Assembly: GCA_032718475.1 (NCBI GenBank)
Contig: JAUCBJ010001667.1
Coordinates: 1-42,310, forward strand
From: Nemertoderma westbladi
Lineage: Eukaryota; Animalia; Xenacoelomorpha
DNA length: 42,310 bases
Direction: 5' to 3'
Shown: one piece after another, positions 23,348 to 35,498 of the stretch
How the letters are laid out: the number at the start of each line of letters is the position of its first letter
Numbering within the stretch: the stretch's first letter is position 1
Position numbers and translations under genes: made by a program
Notes under the pieces: model-generated
What the model was told of the DNA's origin: nothing
What the model saw: the letters and a program-made list of their open reading frames with translations, nothing else
The model's database searches: none

Positions 23348-23699
23348 CTAACCACGCCTTTTAGCCTAAATTTCTGTTACTTAAATTTGTAGCTAACAAA
23401 TCTACCCTATTTGCAATTTCTGTCCGTTGCTTTAATTATGTTCCAGAATAATTTCCCTCCTGTTACCATAATTTGTAATTTTTAGCCCTATTTACTCTAT
23501 TTTATTTCTAATCTATTTCTACTATTTACTGCTTATGGATTATTCTATTTCATAATCCACATTCTGACCTACGCTATGGGCCTGTGCAGTACAGCAGTAT
23601 ATGTCGCGTGGCCTACACGATCTATCCAACTGTACTCATATGCCCCCCTCTCGCTACTAACTACTGACTAATATCTATACTATGTATACCCTTCTACCT

Positions 23700-24440
23700 C
23701 TCTCTCTTACTAATCGGTACTACGTACCCTCTTACTACTCTCTAACTAACTAACGGTACTACGTACCCTCTTACCCTTACTCTAACTCCACTAACGGTAC
23801 TACGTACCCTCTTACTACTCTCTAACTCCACTAACGGTACTATGTACCCGCTAACTCTTACTCTAACTCCACTAACGGTACTACGTACCCTCTAACTCTT
23901 ACTCTAACTCTACTAACGGTACTACGTACCCTCTTACTACTCTCTAACTAACGGTACTACGTACCCTCTAACCCTTTCTCTAACTCCACTAACTGTACTA
24001 CGTACCCTCTTACTACTCTCTAGCTCCATTAACTATGGGTACTACGTACCCTCTAACTCTTACTCTAACTCCACTAACCGTACTACGTACCCTCTTACTA
24101 CTCTCTAGCTCCATTAACTATCGGTACTACGTACCCTCTTACTAACTTCCAACTCTACTCTTACTAATCGGTACTACGTACCCTCTTACTAACCTCTAAC
24201 TCCACTAACTATCGGTACTACGTACCCTCTTACTAACTCCTAACTAACTAACTAACTAACTAACTAACTCTAGGTACTACGTACCTTCTAACTGACTAAC
24301 TCTAGGTACTACGTACCTTCTAACTAACTCCTTACTAACTAACTAGCTAACTCTAGGTACTACGTACCTTCTAACTGACTAACTCTAGGTACTACGTACC
24401 TTCTAATTAACTCCTAATTACCTAACTAACTAACTCTAAT
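23700..24440. repeat. Tandem array of ~17 palindromic GGTAC-TAC-GTACC units with variable CTA-rich spacers
   Basis: The motif recurs roughly every 32-59 bp between the integrase stop and the accessory ORF. Confidence 0.92.
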
Positions 24441-24546
24441 TTTTTATTTATTTTATTTTATTTTTATGTGTGGGAAGGGCGTCTCGCCCTCAATCCCACC
24501 CCCCTCAGTCCAAACTTGGACGACTAAACTACACTCTAACTCCACC

Positions 24547-27500
24547 CTAAGGTGCCCCCTCTAATAGACAGCATTTCCCTACAGCTCTCCTGTAGGTTTT
24601 CCTGTCTTTCGCACCTATCTTGCCACCTATCCGCACTTCTACCGATCGGACTCTTCCGTCCTCATCGGAGTAAGTGCCTACAACTCTCGCCAACCGCCAC
24701 TGGTTGTTGATGATAGTATCATCCGTAACGATTATGAGATCTCCCTCTCTTAACTCCCAATTCGACTTCCTCCACTTGCTTCTTTTGTGAAGCGTGGGTA
24801 GGTATTCCTCAACCCACCTCCTCCAATACTCTGCGCTTATCGCTTTAGCGACCTTCCAACTCTGGCGGGAGTGTATGTCATCTGGGTCTACACCCCGCAT
24901 ATCGATGGTCGCTGGCCTTTCCATTAGAAAATGGCTGGGTGTCAGCACATCTAATGAGTCAGGGTCATCATTCTCCGGATATAGCGGTCTGCTATTAATG
25001 ATACCCTCGCACTTCGCAAGCACTGTCCTCAAGACGTCCTCAGTGACCATGTGGGTGTTCATCAGCTTCATCATGAGACGCTTTGAACTGCCCACCAGTC
25101 TCTCGACGCATCCTAGTGTATGTGGTGCATACGGCGTCCTTCTCTCCCACTTTACTTGTCGTCGTCTCATGGCCGCCTTGACTTCCTCCCCTTCCAAGAT
25201 GTCCAAGGCCTCTGCCATCTCGTTCTCTGCTCCCACAAAGTTGGTTCCGCTATCGGAGTACATTACTGCGATCGTCCCACCTTTGCGGTCTCTGAATCTT
25301 TCTAATGCATTAATAAATGCTGATGCGGTTGCATCTTGGGCGAGTTCTATCCCTACCGCCCGCGTGTTGTTACATACGAAGATAATACTGTAGCGTTTCT
25401 CCGTGTGCCGCATCACCTTGATCTTTATCGGCCCGAACATGTCCACACCGCAATGTGTAAATGGCGGGTCGTGCTGTCTTACTCTACTCGCTGGTAGTGG
25501 TGCCATCTCTTGTATGGCTCGCTCCTTCTTCGCTCGTCGGCAGGTCTGGCACTGCCCCACTACCGCTTTTACCTTCTTCCTTAACTGCTTGACCCAAAAG
25601 GTCCTCCTTATCTCCGTGAGAGTTCGGTTGGTGCCCCTGTGCAATATCGACTTGTGGGAGTCCCAGATAATCTGGTGGACTATTGGCGATCCTGTGGGAA
25701 TGATGATGGGTTTCGGTGGTACGACTATGCTGTTGTTGTATCCCACCCTAGAATTCATTACTAGAATCCCGTCGTCATTAAATTGTGGCGACAGCGTGAT
25801 CAGCTCGCTGTCCCGTCGAAGGTGCTGTTGTTTACCGACGCGTTCCACCTCGTCGCCATAGTTCTTCCGTTGTTCATAGCGGATGACTGCCTTGGCCGCT
25901 CCTTCCAGATCTATGGTTGTCCTGATCTTCTTGTCTTTGCCAACTCCCGCGAGGAAATTCCCGAAGGCTCTCCAGTACGCCACTAATTTCTTGGTCTTAT
26001 ACCAACTAGAGCTGTAGCTGAGGAGTTTATCTGTCGGGTTATCGCACAGTTCTTCTGGTTTAGGTTGCACGTCCCTTATCTCCCTCACCATCTGGGAGTA
26101 TATCTCTTCTCCCTCTGAATCTCCCTCTTCTCCTTCTGACACTACCTCTCCTGAGTCCGGGTCCACCTTTCTCATCGGTGGCCAGGCCTCCTTGTCGCTC
26201 AGAAACTGCGGCCCGTGTTGCCACAATCCTTCCTTTTTTAAGAAAGTGTGGCGTGCCACGCCCCTTGATAACAAGTCCGCTGGGTTCTCGTCCGTCGGGC
26301 AGTAGTGCCACCTTTCCAATTCTGTGGTCGCCCTTATCTCGTCCACCTTATTCGCGACGAATATAGGGTATCTCGTCCTTTCGTTGTGCAGCCAACCAAG
26401 CACTACCATGGAGTCTGTCCAGTAGTGTGTCTCCACTATGTTGGGAATAGTATCCACTAGGTAGGCTGTGGCTCTAACTCCTAGTCTCGCAGCTGTCAAT
26501 TCTAATTTGGGAACTGATGCTGAATCTGGCGGCGTTGACTTTGCTTTGCTAAAGGCCAGTCTGGGCTTGTGAGCCCCCTCTCATTGTACTAAATAAAGTG
26601 CCGCTCCGTACGCCTCCAACGACGCATCGGAGAACATGTGTAGGTCCAGATTCGTCATGTTCCCATCCGGGAAATACACTCGTGGCATGTTGTATGTTCC
26701 CATCTTCTCCAAATCTTCTGTCCACTTACTGCACTGTTTCTTGATCTCCTCTGGTACCTCTACGTCCCACTCATCCTTCAATTTGTATACTCTCTTGAGT
26801 ATCTGTTTCCCCGTGACTAATAGTGGGGATGCTAGACCTAGGGGATCGTATATCCTTGCTATATACGACACATAGCCCCTCTTCGTGTGGATGCCTGCGC
26901 CCTCCTGGCTCAGCTGATACTTCAGTTCGTCTGTCTCTCTGTTCCACACGATTCCCAGTGCCTTCTGTTGAGATTCTGTCCTCTTGTTCGCCATGTCCTG
27001 GCCTTTGGCTGTTGTGGGATTATCCATGGTCGATTCTGGTCTCTTGTCCTCTATCGCCTTGATAAATTCTTCCGAACTGGATTGGAATTTGGTCAGGTTA
27101 AAGCCGGATCCTTTTAGGATGTCGCGAACCTCGCGCCCTGTGTCCAGTATCTCCTTAACCGTATTTCCAGACTCCATTCCGTCGTCTACGTAGAAGCCGC
27201 GTCGAATCATATCGACGGCCCTAGTGCTGTATCTATCTTCCTTCCCCTTCACCGTATCTCTCACTGCCATAGTCGTCGTAAACGAAGACGACTTGGCTCC
27301 CATATTCTGTACTACCATCTTATACGTCGGTATTATCGACGGTTCTTCCTCGCCGTTATACCATAAAAAGCGTTGACTGTCGCTATCTTCCTCCGTTACA
27401 CGGACTTGGTTGAACATGCCTTCTATGTCACACGTGAAGGCGTGTTTCCCATTTCTAAATCTAAGTAGGACCTCTATGCCCGAGTTGTATATGTTTGGAC

Positions 27501-30500
27501 CTTCTAACAGGTAGTCGTTTAAGCATTTTCCGTTGGTCTTTGCCGATGCGTCAACTACCATCCGCAGTTTACCTTTCTTTGGGTCTAAAGCCACGTGGAG
27601 TGGCAGGTAATATGTCCTGTCCGTGTTTGGTTCGTCGACCGGTAACTCCACGGCCCATCCTTTCTCGACGTACTTCTTAATCGTTCTGTGGATGTACTCA
27701 TTCTTCTCGGGGCTCCGTTTTAGTGTTTGTTTCAGCTTGCGGAGTCTCGTGAGTACCATCCCTCTATTATCGGGCAGTGGTAACTTCGGTAGTTTCCATA
27801 CCATTCCTATGGTGTACCGCCCCTCGTCGCACTTCATAGACTCCTCTACGCTCTGCTGAGCCTGTTTGTCTTCCACCGAGGTCCCGACCCCGGTCTCCTT
27901 TAATCCTTCAAAATCCTGTCTGAGCAGTCTTTTAAGTTGCTCCTCTGCTCTCTCATCACTCATTTCCTGCATAGTTCCCGCGAACATGCATCCTGATGTC
28001 TCCGACATCCTAAATGGTATCTTGCTCTTGATTGGGCCACTTAGTGTCCACCCGAATGGTGTTAGTATTGCCACCGGGTCACATTGCTTGTCTTCGCCGA
28101 AGACCGTTTGCATTCTTTCGTGGGCCGTTGGGCAGTCCATTCCTACTATGATGGATACCTTCCTAACGTCCACATCTGGGATTGAGAAGTCAATGTCATC
28201 CAGAAATTTATATTGTTCGACCTCGATGTTGGTTGGCTGTCTGGCATTGATGTTTATTGACTCTATCACTTGGATGGGATCGATGGTCTCCCCATAGTCG
28301 CATCCTGGTGCTATTGCTGCGATGGTGCACCGTCCGGTTCTCATCTCCAGGACCTCATCTTTGCTGGAGATGGTTGTTACCGCCATTCTACTTGGCCTCG
28401 TTCTCAATCCTATTTCTTCGGCCACCCAATCCTCGACTAATGTGAAGGCAGCTCCACTATCAACCAGCATTAGTGTTGTTACTGATCGATTGCCTTCTCC
28501 AATCACTCGCACGGGTACTACCCCAAGTAGCACCGTTCCTCTCTTTTTCGCCCCTACTGTGCTCGTTGCCATCGTTTGGCCTTTCCTTTGACCGAACTTG
28601 ACCGGCGTTTCCTTGCATTGCCTAGCTCTGTGTCCACTCATCACACATCGCGAGCAGATCTCATTCCTCCTCGCGTAATCTATCTGATCTTCCCTAGGTA
28701 GCGCTTGCCAGTACCTGCAGTTCATGGTTTGATGAAGCGCATTTGTATGTAGCTGGCATTTGCTCTTTGGGTTGTAGCCCTCCTTATACAGTGCATCGCG
28801 TATCGCAGCTGCGTTTGTACCAAAGTCCCTACTATTCTTATTGTTTGGGTTCGGCCTACTGGACGTACTGGGGTTATATTTATTCGTGTTGTTATTGTTC
28901 CCCTGTCCGTTCCATGGTGTGGTCTTACCTTCGGCTACCTGTGGACTTGCAGTCCCCTGCGTCGCTGCATATGGCAATGATTGCCTGAGCCTCGGTAATG
29001 CGTTTGATGTATTGTGCTCTGGTTTCGGTCTATGGTAATCCGTCTTCGGTCCCTTTCCCAGGCTATCTTCGCTATAGACTGGGTCTGTTATTAGTTCAGC
29101 TTCGTAGTTTAAGAAGCTTGACATTTCTTCTAAACCCGGTTCCGCACCCTTCCTATCTCGAGTGGAGAAAGCGATTTTCCTCCACTTGTTGCGCAACCAT
29201 ATCGGTAGTGCCTGCGCCATCGTGGTGATGTTATTGGACGCGTTGAGTTCGTATGGCGCGTCTAGCGTCTTTAACACGATTAGCGCCTTCTCGACCTTGT
29301 TCGCGAATGTCTTAATGCTAACGGGATTATCCTGTAGGCCACCCGATGTTATGCCTCTCAGGGTCTGCCTGATGATCTTGGCCGGGTGCCCGTATTCCCT
29401 GTCCAGTGCCTGCCATGCCGTCGTGAAGCCGCCCTCTATGCCCTGATATTGCCTCACGATGTCGTATGCTGGGCCTCCTGTGTATACTTGCAAATACTTT
29501 AGGCACTCCGCCTGCGTTAAGTTCTTTGTTAGTATTTCGTTACTATACATACACCGAAACTGGAGATATTCTTCCGGCCTACTCCCATCGAATTTGAATG
29601 GTTCCACGGGTGGTAATTCGATCCTTGTTTTTAATGCATCGATCAATGTGGCCATCCCCATCGCCTGCGCTTCCAATGGATTCGATGGATGTTGTATAGT
29701 TCCTCCTGTTGGGTGCGGTCCGCCCGTTCTATTTTCTGCCTTTCTTTGGCTTGGGTATATCATTGGGGGTAGCGGCCCCCTCCATATTTCTGTGTCACAC
29801 GACCTATTTTCATCCAATGGTCTCGTTGTCCTTGCTCCTATCGGGGTATATTGTTGATATTGCGATGGGGGAATGTCACCCTGTCCCCCCCCCCCCACCG
29901 GTATGTTTGGTATTGGGGTTGATGTTAATATATTGGGGCCCATGCATCTATCCGCAATAATTCCCCCCTCCCCTGGGTATATGTTATGTCCTTGCATGCT
30001 GTAGTCATACTGCCGTACTGGTACCGGTATAGGCCTATCAGCTTCTGGCCTACCTGCCGGTATGTACTCCGCGACTTCCGGGTTTAATTCCGTCGCCCGC
30101 GCTATCCTATCGCCTACACTATTCCTGTCAGCATGGCCTATGGTATGTGCAGTAAGGCCTACAGTATGTCCTACAGTCTGTACGTGTTGCTCGGGATCGA
30201 AGTTTATTCCTCTCGAATAGTCCTCCCCGCGGTTACCGTACTCTCGATCTGTAGGTATATCCCGTCGGAAAGTTTTTCTTCGACCCTCTCTACTACTCTC
30301 GTCTACGTGCCGGTACATCGCGTACCCCTCTCTCGACGCGTAACGTGTCTCGTCAGGTCGCGTCTCTCCGGGGCGACGGCAATCTCCCGAAGTTCGACCC
30401 CACCGACTCTCCTTTTCCATCTCCACCACCGACGGCTCGCTATCCGTCGTTCGCGGCGATACTTCTTCTGCTGTCTTCTCTTCTTCTCCTCTCAGTGCAG

Positions 30501-33063
30501 TATTCCCGCTCGTGAGATCTCTCGTCGACCTCCCGGTTAAACTCCACTGTTCTTCTTCCCTCTTCTGATCGGGCTTGACGCTTCGTCCGCCCTCTCGCGA
30601 CGTCAACCTGCTTCTCTCTACTCGATCGCACGCCGCTGGGGATACTCGCAATCCCCCTATTACTCTCCATCGCCGGGTGTTGGGGTTTACCTGATTCTGC
30701 CCGCGCATTATCCGCTGACGGCTGTGGACACTCTCTGCCCCCCCTCTCGCCACTAACTTCTCGTTGTGGGGCTCCTGTAGCCCCCCCCCCCACTCGCCAC
30801 ATATCACACCGCTACCTCTAACTTCTCTTCTACACCCCTCTCCAGTCGACACAATATTTCTACTGCGGCTGGATTCGCTTACCCCCGCCTCTCTCTCCAC
30901 CACCACCCGACCTATCGGGTCTACTCCAGGTTGGCTCAACCCCGCCACCTCCTGCCTACTAACTACGTGGCCTACCAGGCCACCGTCGGGTCGACTCCAC
31001 CCCGCCACCTCCTGCCTACTAGCTACGTGGCCTACCAGGCCACCGTCGGGTCGACTCAACCCCGCCACCTCCTGCCTACTAACTACGTGGCCTACCAGGC
31101 CGCCGTCTGTCGGCTCATACACGTCCGACGCGTTCGCGTTAATAGCACCTATATTAGAAACGGAATTGTTTTGTTCGTTCGAAATAGAATCATTTGGATT
31201 ATTTTGCGCGACTACGTTATTTGAATTATTTTGTAAATTCGGGCTTGGATTATTATTTAAATTATTTGAGTTATTATTATTTTCTAAATTTAAATTATTA
31301 TTCGGATTATATTGCACGTTTAAATTGAAATTATTATTTAGGCTATTTGTATTTAAATTCAAATTACTACTACCAGGCAAAGTATTTCCTGCAATATAAG
31401 CTTGGTTAGGATTATCCGATACGGTACCATTAATAGTAACGTCGTCTACGGTAGTATTATTATTATTACCCCCCCCCCCCCCGCCCGTATGGTCACACCA
31501 GTTTCGTGTCTGTCGTGCGGTCCCTGTAAGTGGGGTATTAATAAATGTATCCACGGGCCTTGGCTCCTCGAAAATATTCGAGCCAGTCCCGCTCTCAGAC
31601 GCCCCTATCCGCGCCAGTTCTAGTTCGTGCGTGCGTCTAGCCTTGTACTCTATAAGCTCCTTTTGCTCTCTTTCCAATTCCTCTCGCACACGCTCCTCTC
31701 TTGCCATTCTCTCCCGATCCTCCCATGCGTTCTGGTCGGCCAATTCCGCCTCTCTCTTAGCTCGCTCCCTTCGCCTCGCCTCACGCTCTCTACGCTCACT
31801 TTCCTCTCTCGCCTCACGTTCCTTGCGTTCCTTTTCCTCTCTCGCCTCACGTTCCTTGCGTTCTTTTTCCTCTCTCGCCTCACGTTCCTTGCGTTCTGCC
31901 TCACGCTCTTTGCGTTCACTTTTCTCTCTCGCCACACGCTCCTCTTGTTCCCTCCTTTCTATTTCCTCACACTCTTTAAGGCTTTCCACGGCCTTTTCGG
32001 CCCTCTCCCTGGTTTCTCTAATCAATACCGCTTCCCACTCTAGATGCACTCTCCCCTCTTCTAACTGTCTATTTATGTCTCTCTGACCTTGCTCTATCAG
32101 CTCGAGATGGTACGTGGCATTTATCTCTCTCACCCGTCTTTCTTTCACGGAGGATGTAGCAGACTTATCGGTTACGACGGATTCCCTCCGCCTTCCCGAC
32201 CTACTAACTCTCCCCCCCTTCCCAGAACTTCCCCCGACCGACGAGATCGAATCCTCGGCCTCAACCTCGGACTCGCCCTCCTCAGGTCTCCTCCAACCCA
32301 CAAATTTTACACCCTGGGCATCGACTAAGTATGGCCCTACGTACACTGCACTAGGTTGCATACCCCTACACCGCCATAAATCACACAGTTCCTCTGCAAC
32401 CCCTCTCGCTCTCTCCTTGGCCAGTTCTCTCTGCCCGAAACGCATTAGATAGCTAAAATGTCTATCCGACTCACCTAGTCCTCTTGTTAACTTCACCTCA
32501 TCTATCTTCGCCCCCTCCTTGGCCTCCTTAAGTAGCTTCCGGGTCGCATTGTAGGCCCGTCGAAGTCGGTCAGAAACCCCGACATCCTCGTTGCCGACCT
32601 CTCCTCCGCCTCTCCGGGTCAGACGTCGTACCGGCGGCCCCACCGTCGCCGTTTCGGTGGGCCGTCCGTCGCCCTCGGCCTGTGGCTGGCCGGCGACATC
32701 GGTACTGACATCTCCCTTGTCTCTCCGGGTCCGGCGTTGTACCGTCGGTCCCACCGTCGCCGTTTCGGTGGGCCGTTCGTCGCCCTCAGCCTGTGGCTGG
32801 CCGGCGACGTCGGCACGTCGACCCTGGTTCCGTGTCAACTTGTCTCCTTCTCCTTCCAACTCACCCTCTCGGTCTCTCAACTCGACTCCCCCTCCTCTCG
32901 ACTCGACCTCTGGCTCCAGACGGCCCCCCTCGTCCTGAACTGCCGGATCACCCGTTACCGATGGGTCCGGCGTCATGGGCCTATACCGTCTGGTCGCGGC
33001 CTCACGGATCGTTAGTTCTTCGTCCGGGGTCCGCGTCGGTGTCGTCTCTCCTGACTGACTCAT
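24547..33063 (-). CDS. gag-pol: BEL/Pao Gag-Pol polyprotein (~2838 codons) with one in-frame TGA at 26581-26583
   Basis: Gag: FDGSRPEEYLQF and CSRCVMSGHRARQC. Protease: LVDSGA. RT: FYVDD. RNase H: FSDAS...*EGAHKPRLAFSKAK..PKLELTAA. Integrase: H-x4-H...CQTC, GVDMFGP, YSDSGTNFVGA and ERLVG. C-terminal WRRWVEEYLPTL. The two track ORFs are in the same frame. Confidence 0.95.
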
Positions 33064-33180
33064 CTCTCTTCTATAGATTGGTGGCGGTAGTCACTGAGTT
33101 CAACTAGGGCGGCAGCTCTGATTCAATTACTGTGATGGGATCCAGGAAGGATCCCGGTTTATCCGGTTTGTCAATTCACG

Positions 33181-33668
33181 TGTCCCCGCCGTGTGTGAAA
33201 GATAAAAGAGTTTGCGTTGTTCGTCGTATATAATATTCGGGATATATAGTATAGATATAGATAATGGCTGGTAATATATTGTTGTACGCGGAAGGCGGGA
33301 AACGGTAATTGAAGTCCCGGTACTTCCCTAGCTAAACTATTGCTACTGTAACACCAATAACACTGAGATAACTGAATGAGATGATTACTGCCAACTGGTT
33401 ATATTGCACGGGTTGGCCTTATTACTGTACCTAGCCGATGCCTTTCCCCCCTCTGATTGGCTAATGTCCCTGTTGGCGCCCTTTGGAGTGTTCCCGTTCA
33501 CTCCAGCTATTATCCCTCTGTTAGGGGTTTGGCCCCTGACCCTTATTGTGTGTTTCTCCTTCCCACTTTGTTGGGGTGACACGAGTTATTGGTTGCCCAA
33601 TCTCGTGGCCCCCAATATTGCTTAACGGTTGACTTTATGGGGTGTTAGCGGAATTGAATAAGCTAACA
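33181..33668 (-). repeat. Probable 5' LTR of BEL-3 (inner boundary uncertain, 33181-33192)
   Basis: On the minus strand it begins TGTTAGC directly beside the TSD. It contains a CCAAT box and lies ~120 bp upstream of the gag ATG. No partner LTR was found. Confidence 0.55.
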
Positions 33669-33673
33669 ACGTG

Positions 33674-34778
33674 CAGCTTCAAAAAGTTTAAATGAAAGTG
33701 CTGAATCTTTTACAAACAAATGTCTTACATTTCATACAAAATCTGTAAATGCTGGGAAAACGGAATATATTAAACGGAAGTGGAAAAATTTCGACAGAAC
33801 AAAGACAAATAGAAATGAATCACAGAAAGAAGAGAGAAAAAATGCTGAAAAATTATCTAACAAGCCCCGTTGCAATAGATGTGGTCAGTCAAACCACCAG
33901 TTTAGTAAATGTCCAGCAATCAAGGCAAAATGCGTCTCATGTGGTGGATTAGGACATTTTACAACTGTATGTCCAAGCAAAGCAATCATTGCCAATGCTA
34001 ATATGGTAGAAGAAAATAATGATGATGAAAATATTTGTTTTGAAAGTAGCGATGAGGAACAAGAAGATGAATATAATACAAATTTGAATATTAATACCTA
34101 TACAAAAATACCCTGTCAAACAATTGGCAATAAATTAACAATAACCGTTATTGAAAAATCTATACAACCATTGATAGCAGTCAACATTCAACCCGAAAAT
34201 TGTTTATTTAGTTCTGAAGTTATTGCATTAGCAGATAAAGGCGCAGGAGCTAATGTAATGAGTATTAAAACATTCAACGAGACCAGCTTCGCGAACAATT
34301 TTCCACTTGGCCCAAAATTGAATTGTAGAATATTATCAATAGGAGGAACAACTTTAGAACAAGCTGGAACCTTTGTTGCAAACGTCAGCATCAAAAACCA
34401 CAATGCAATTGCATTAATTGTAGTTTGCTTCGATGTAGCAGGTTGTTACTTGTCTCTCGAAACCTGTCGTGAATTACAAATTGTTAGTTCTCATTTCCCC
34501 TATCCCAAAAATGAGAATACTAATATAAATAACATAAAGAAGGACACACAGCCAATATCTGATGTTTGGTCTGATCGAGAAAGTTGGATTAATGATCTGC
34601 CAAAAAACTGTTCAATGGATGATCAAATAATACTCGAAATCAATAATAAGCTAAAAACTGTATATTCTCAAGTCTTCGATGATTCAATCGAATTAAAAAC
34701 CATGAAAGGTAGTGAAGTTGGAAGTCCGATGTCTATCAGTCTAAAGCAAGATGCTGTCCCCTATGCCAGTTCGGGAGA
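33674..34778 (+). pseudogene. Ty3/Gypsy (Mag-like) gag zinc knuckles and protease, truncated by BEL-4
   Basis: CNRCGQSNHQFSKCP and CVSCGGLGHFTTVC knuckles; ALADKGAGANVMS (DTGA-like with T>K); PMSISLKQDAVPYA pre-RT motif. Confidence 0.85.
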
Positions 34779-35302
34779 TGTGAATTCAACGCAACCACTT
34801 CACCAAGGTGGAACAGTAACCTTCGAATTTGTTCGTTGACGTTCGGATTTGTAAGACTCTCATTTAATACCTGACACAGACTATGCCTCACTGAGGCACT
34901 GAGGCATAGACTATGACTCACTGAGGCACTGAGGCATAGACTATGACTCACTGAGGCATAGACTATGCCTCACTGAGGCACTGAGGCATAGACTATGCCT
35001 CGCTGAGGCATAGATTATGCCTCACTGAGGCAATGTGTAATAAAGTTATTACAGTAGATTTATACTATTATACTGTATATTTCTTTTGGTGAAGGTTTAC
35101 TACCGGTACAGTGCTGATGGATGATTATTGTTTGAGAGACAAGCCAGCAAGCAGATTATTATATTTAGTATTGTCTGACAGCTGACCCCTTTTTCTTGTT
35201 GCTTTAGCTGAATGCCGGATGCAGTCAGCATTATGTTAGACTGAAGGCTGACTGTTGGATACAGTCAGCACTGATATATTTGGTGTGTGTATATTCCGCA
35301 CA
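34779..35302 (+). repeat. Probable 5' LTR of BEL-4
   Basis: TGTG start lies where Mag homology ends, and the CACA end is 3 nt before the PBS. AATAAA occurs at ~35039. The left boundary is inferred. Confidence 0.6.
34877..35031. repeat. Palindromic tandem array (6 units of 22-30 bp, TATGCCTCA-C-TGAGGCA) in the LTR
   Basis: Directly visible; two units contain an exact TGACTCA. Confidence 0.9.
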
Positions 35303-35305
35303 TTT

Positions 35306-35324
35306 TGGTGCCTGGACCCGGATC
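35306..35324 (+). promoter_or_regulatory. Primer binding site, tRNA-His/Phe-like
   Basis: TGGTGCCTGGACCCGGATC follows the LTR CA. It resembles the complement of the tRNA-His 3' end (TGGTGCCGTGACTCGGAT). Confidence 0.65.
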
Positions 35325-35498
35325 CTGTTGAATGAAGGAATATAATCGGTGTTTGGGAATACTGTTTGGCAGTTTGGTGAATACTGGAATACTGCATGTT
35401 CCTGATTGCCTACTGGACTGGAGTAATTAATCAGATAGGCTCAAACTGCAAACTGTTATATTTCTGTATTTGGATACAGTAAACTGCGTATTCGACGG

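Larger units (their letters stand above)
20126..33668 (-). mobile_element. BEL/Pao LTR retrotransposon (BEL-3) with gag-pol and an additional 3' ORF
   Basis: Full gag-PR-RT-RH-IN order with Pao motifs. It is flanked by ACGTG at 20121-20125 and 33669-33673, and removing it restores the host ORF frame. Confidence 0.9.

Noticed and set aside
23700-24440. CRISPR-like array of palindromic repeats
   Set aside because: Spacers resemble each other and are low complexity, the repeat is only ~13 bp, there are no cas genes, and the context is a eukaryotic retrotransposon.
26578-26583. Programmed stop-codon readthrough
   Set aside because: The stop is inside RNase H rather than at a gag/pol junction, and the context TGA-GAG is not a typical readthrough signal.
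24794-33107. Numerous + strand ORFs opposite BEL-3 gag-pol (likewise opposite BEL-2, BEL-4 and the accessory ORF)
   Set aside because: Antisense shadows of long or repetitive coding frames with no recognisable motifs.
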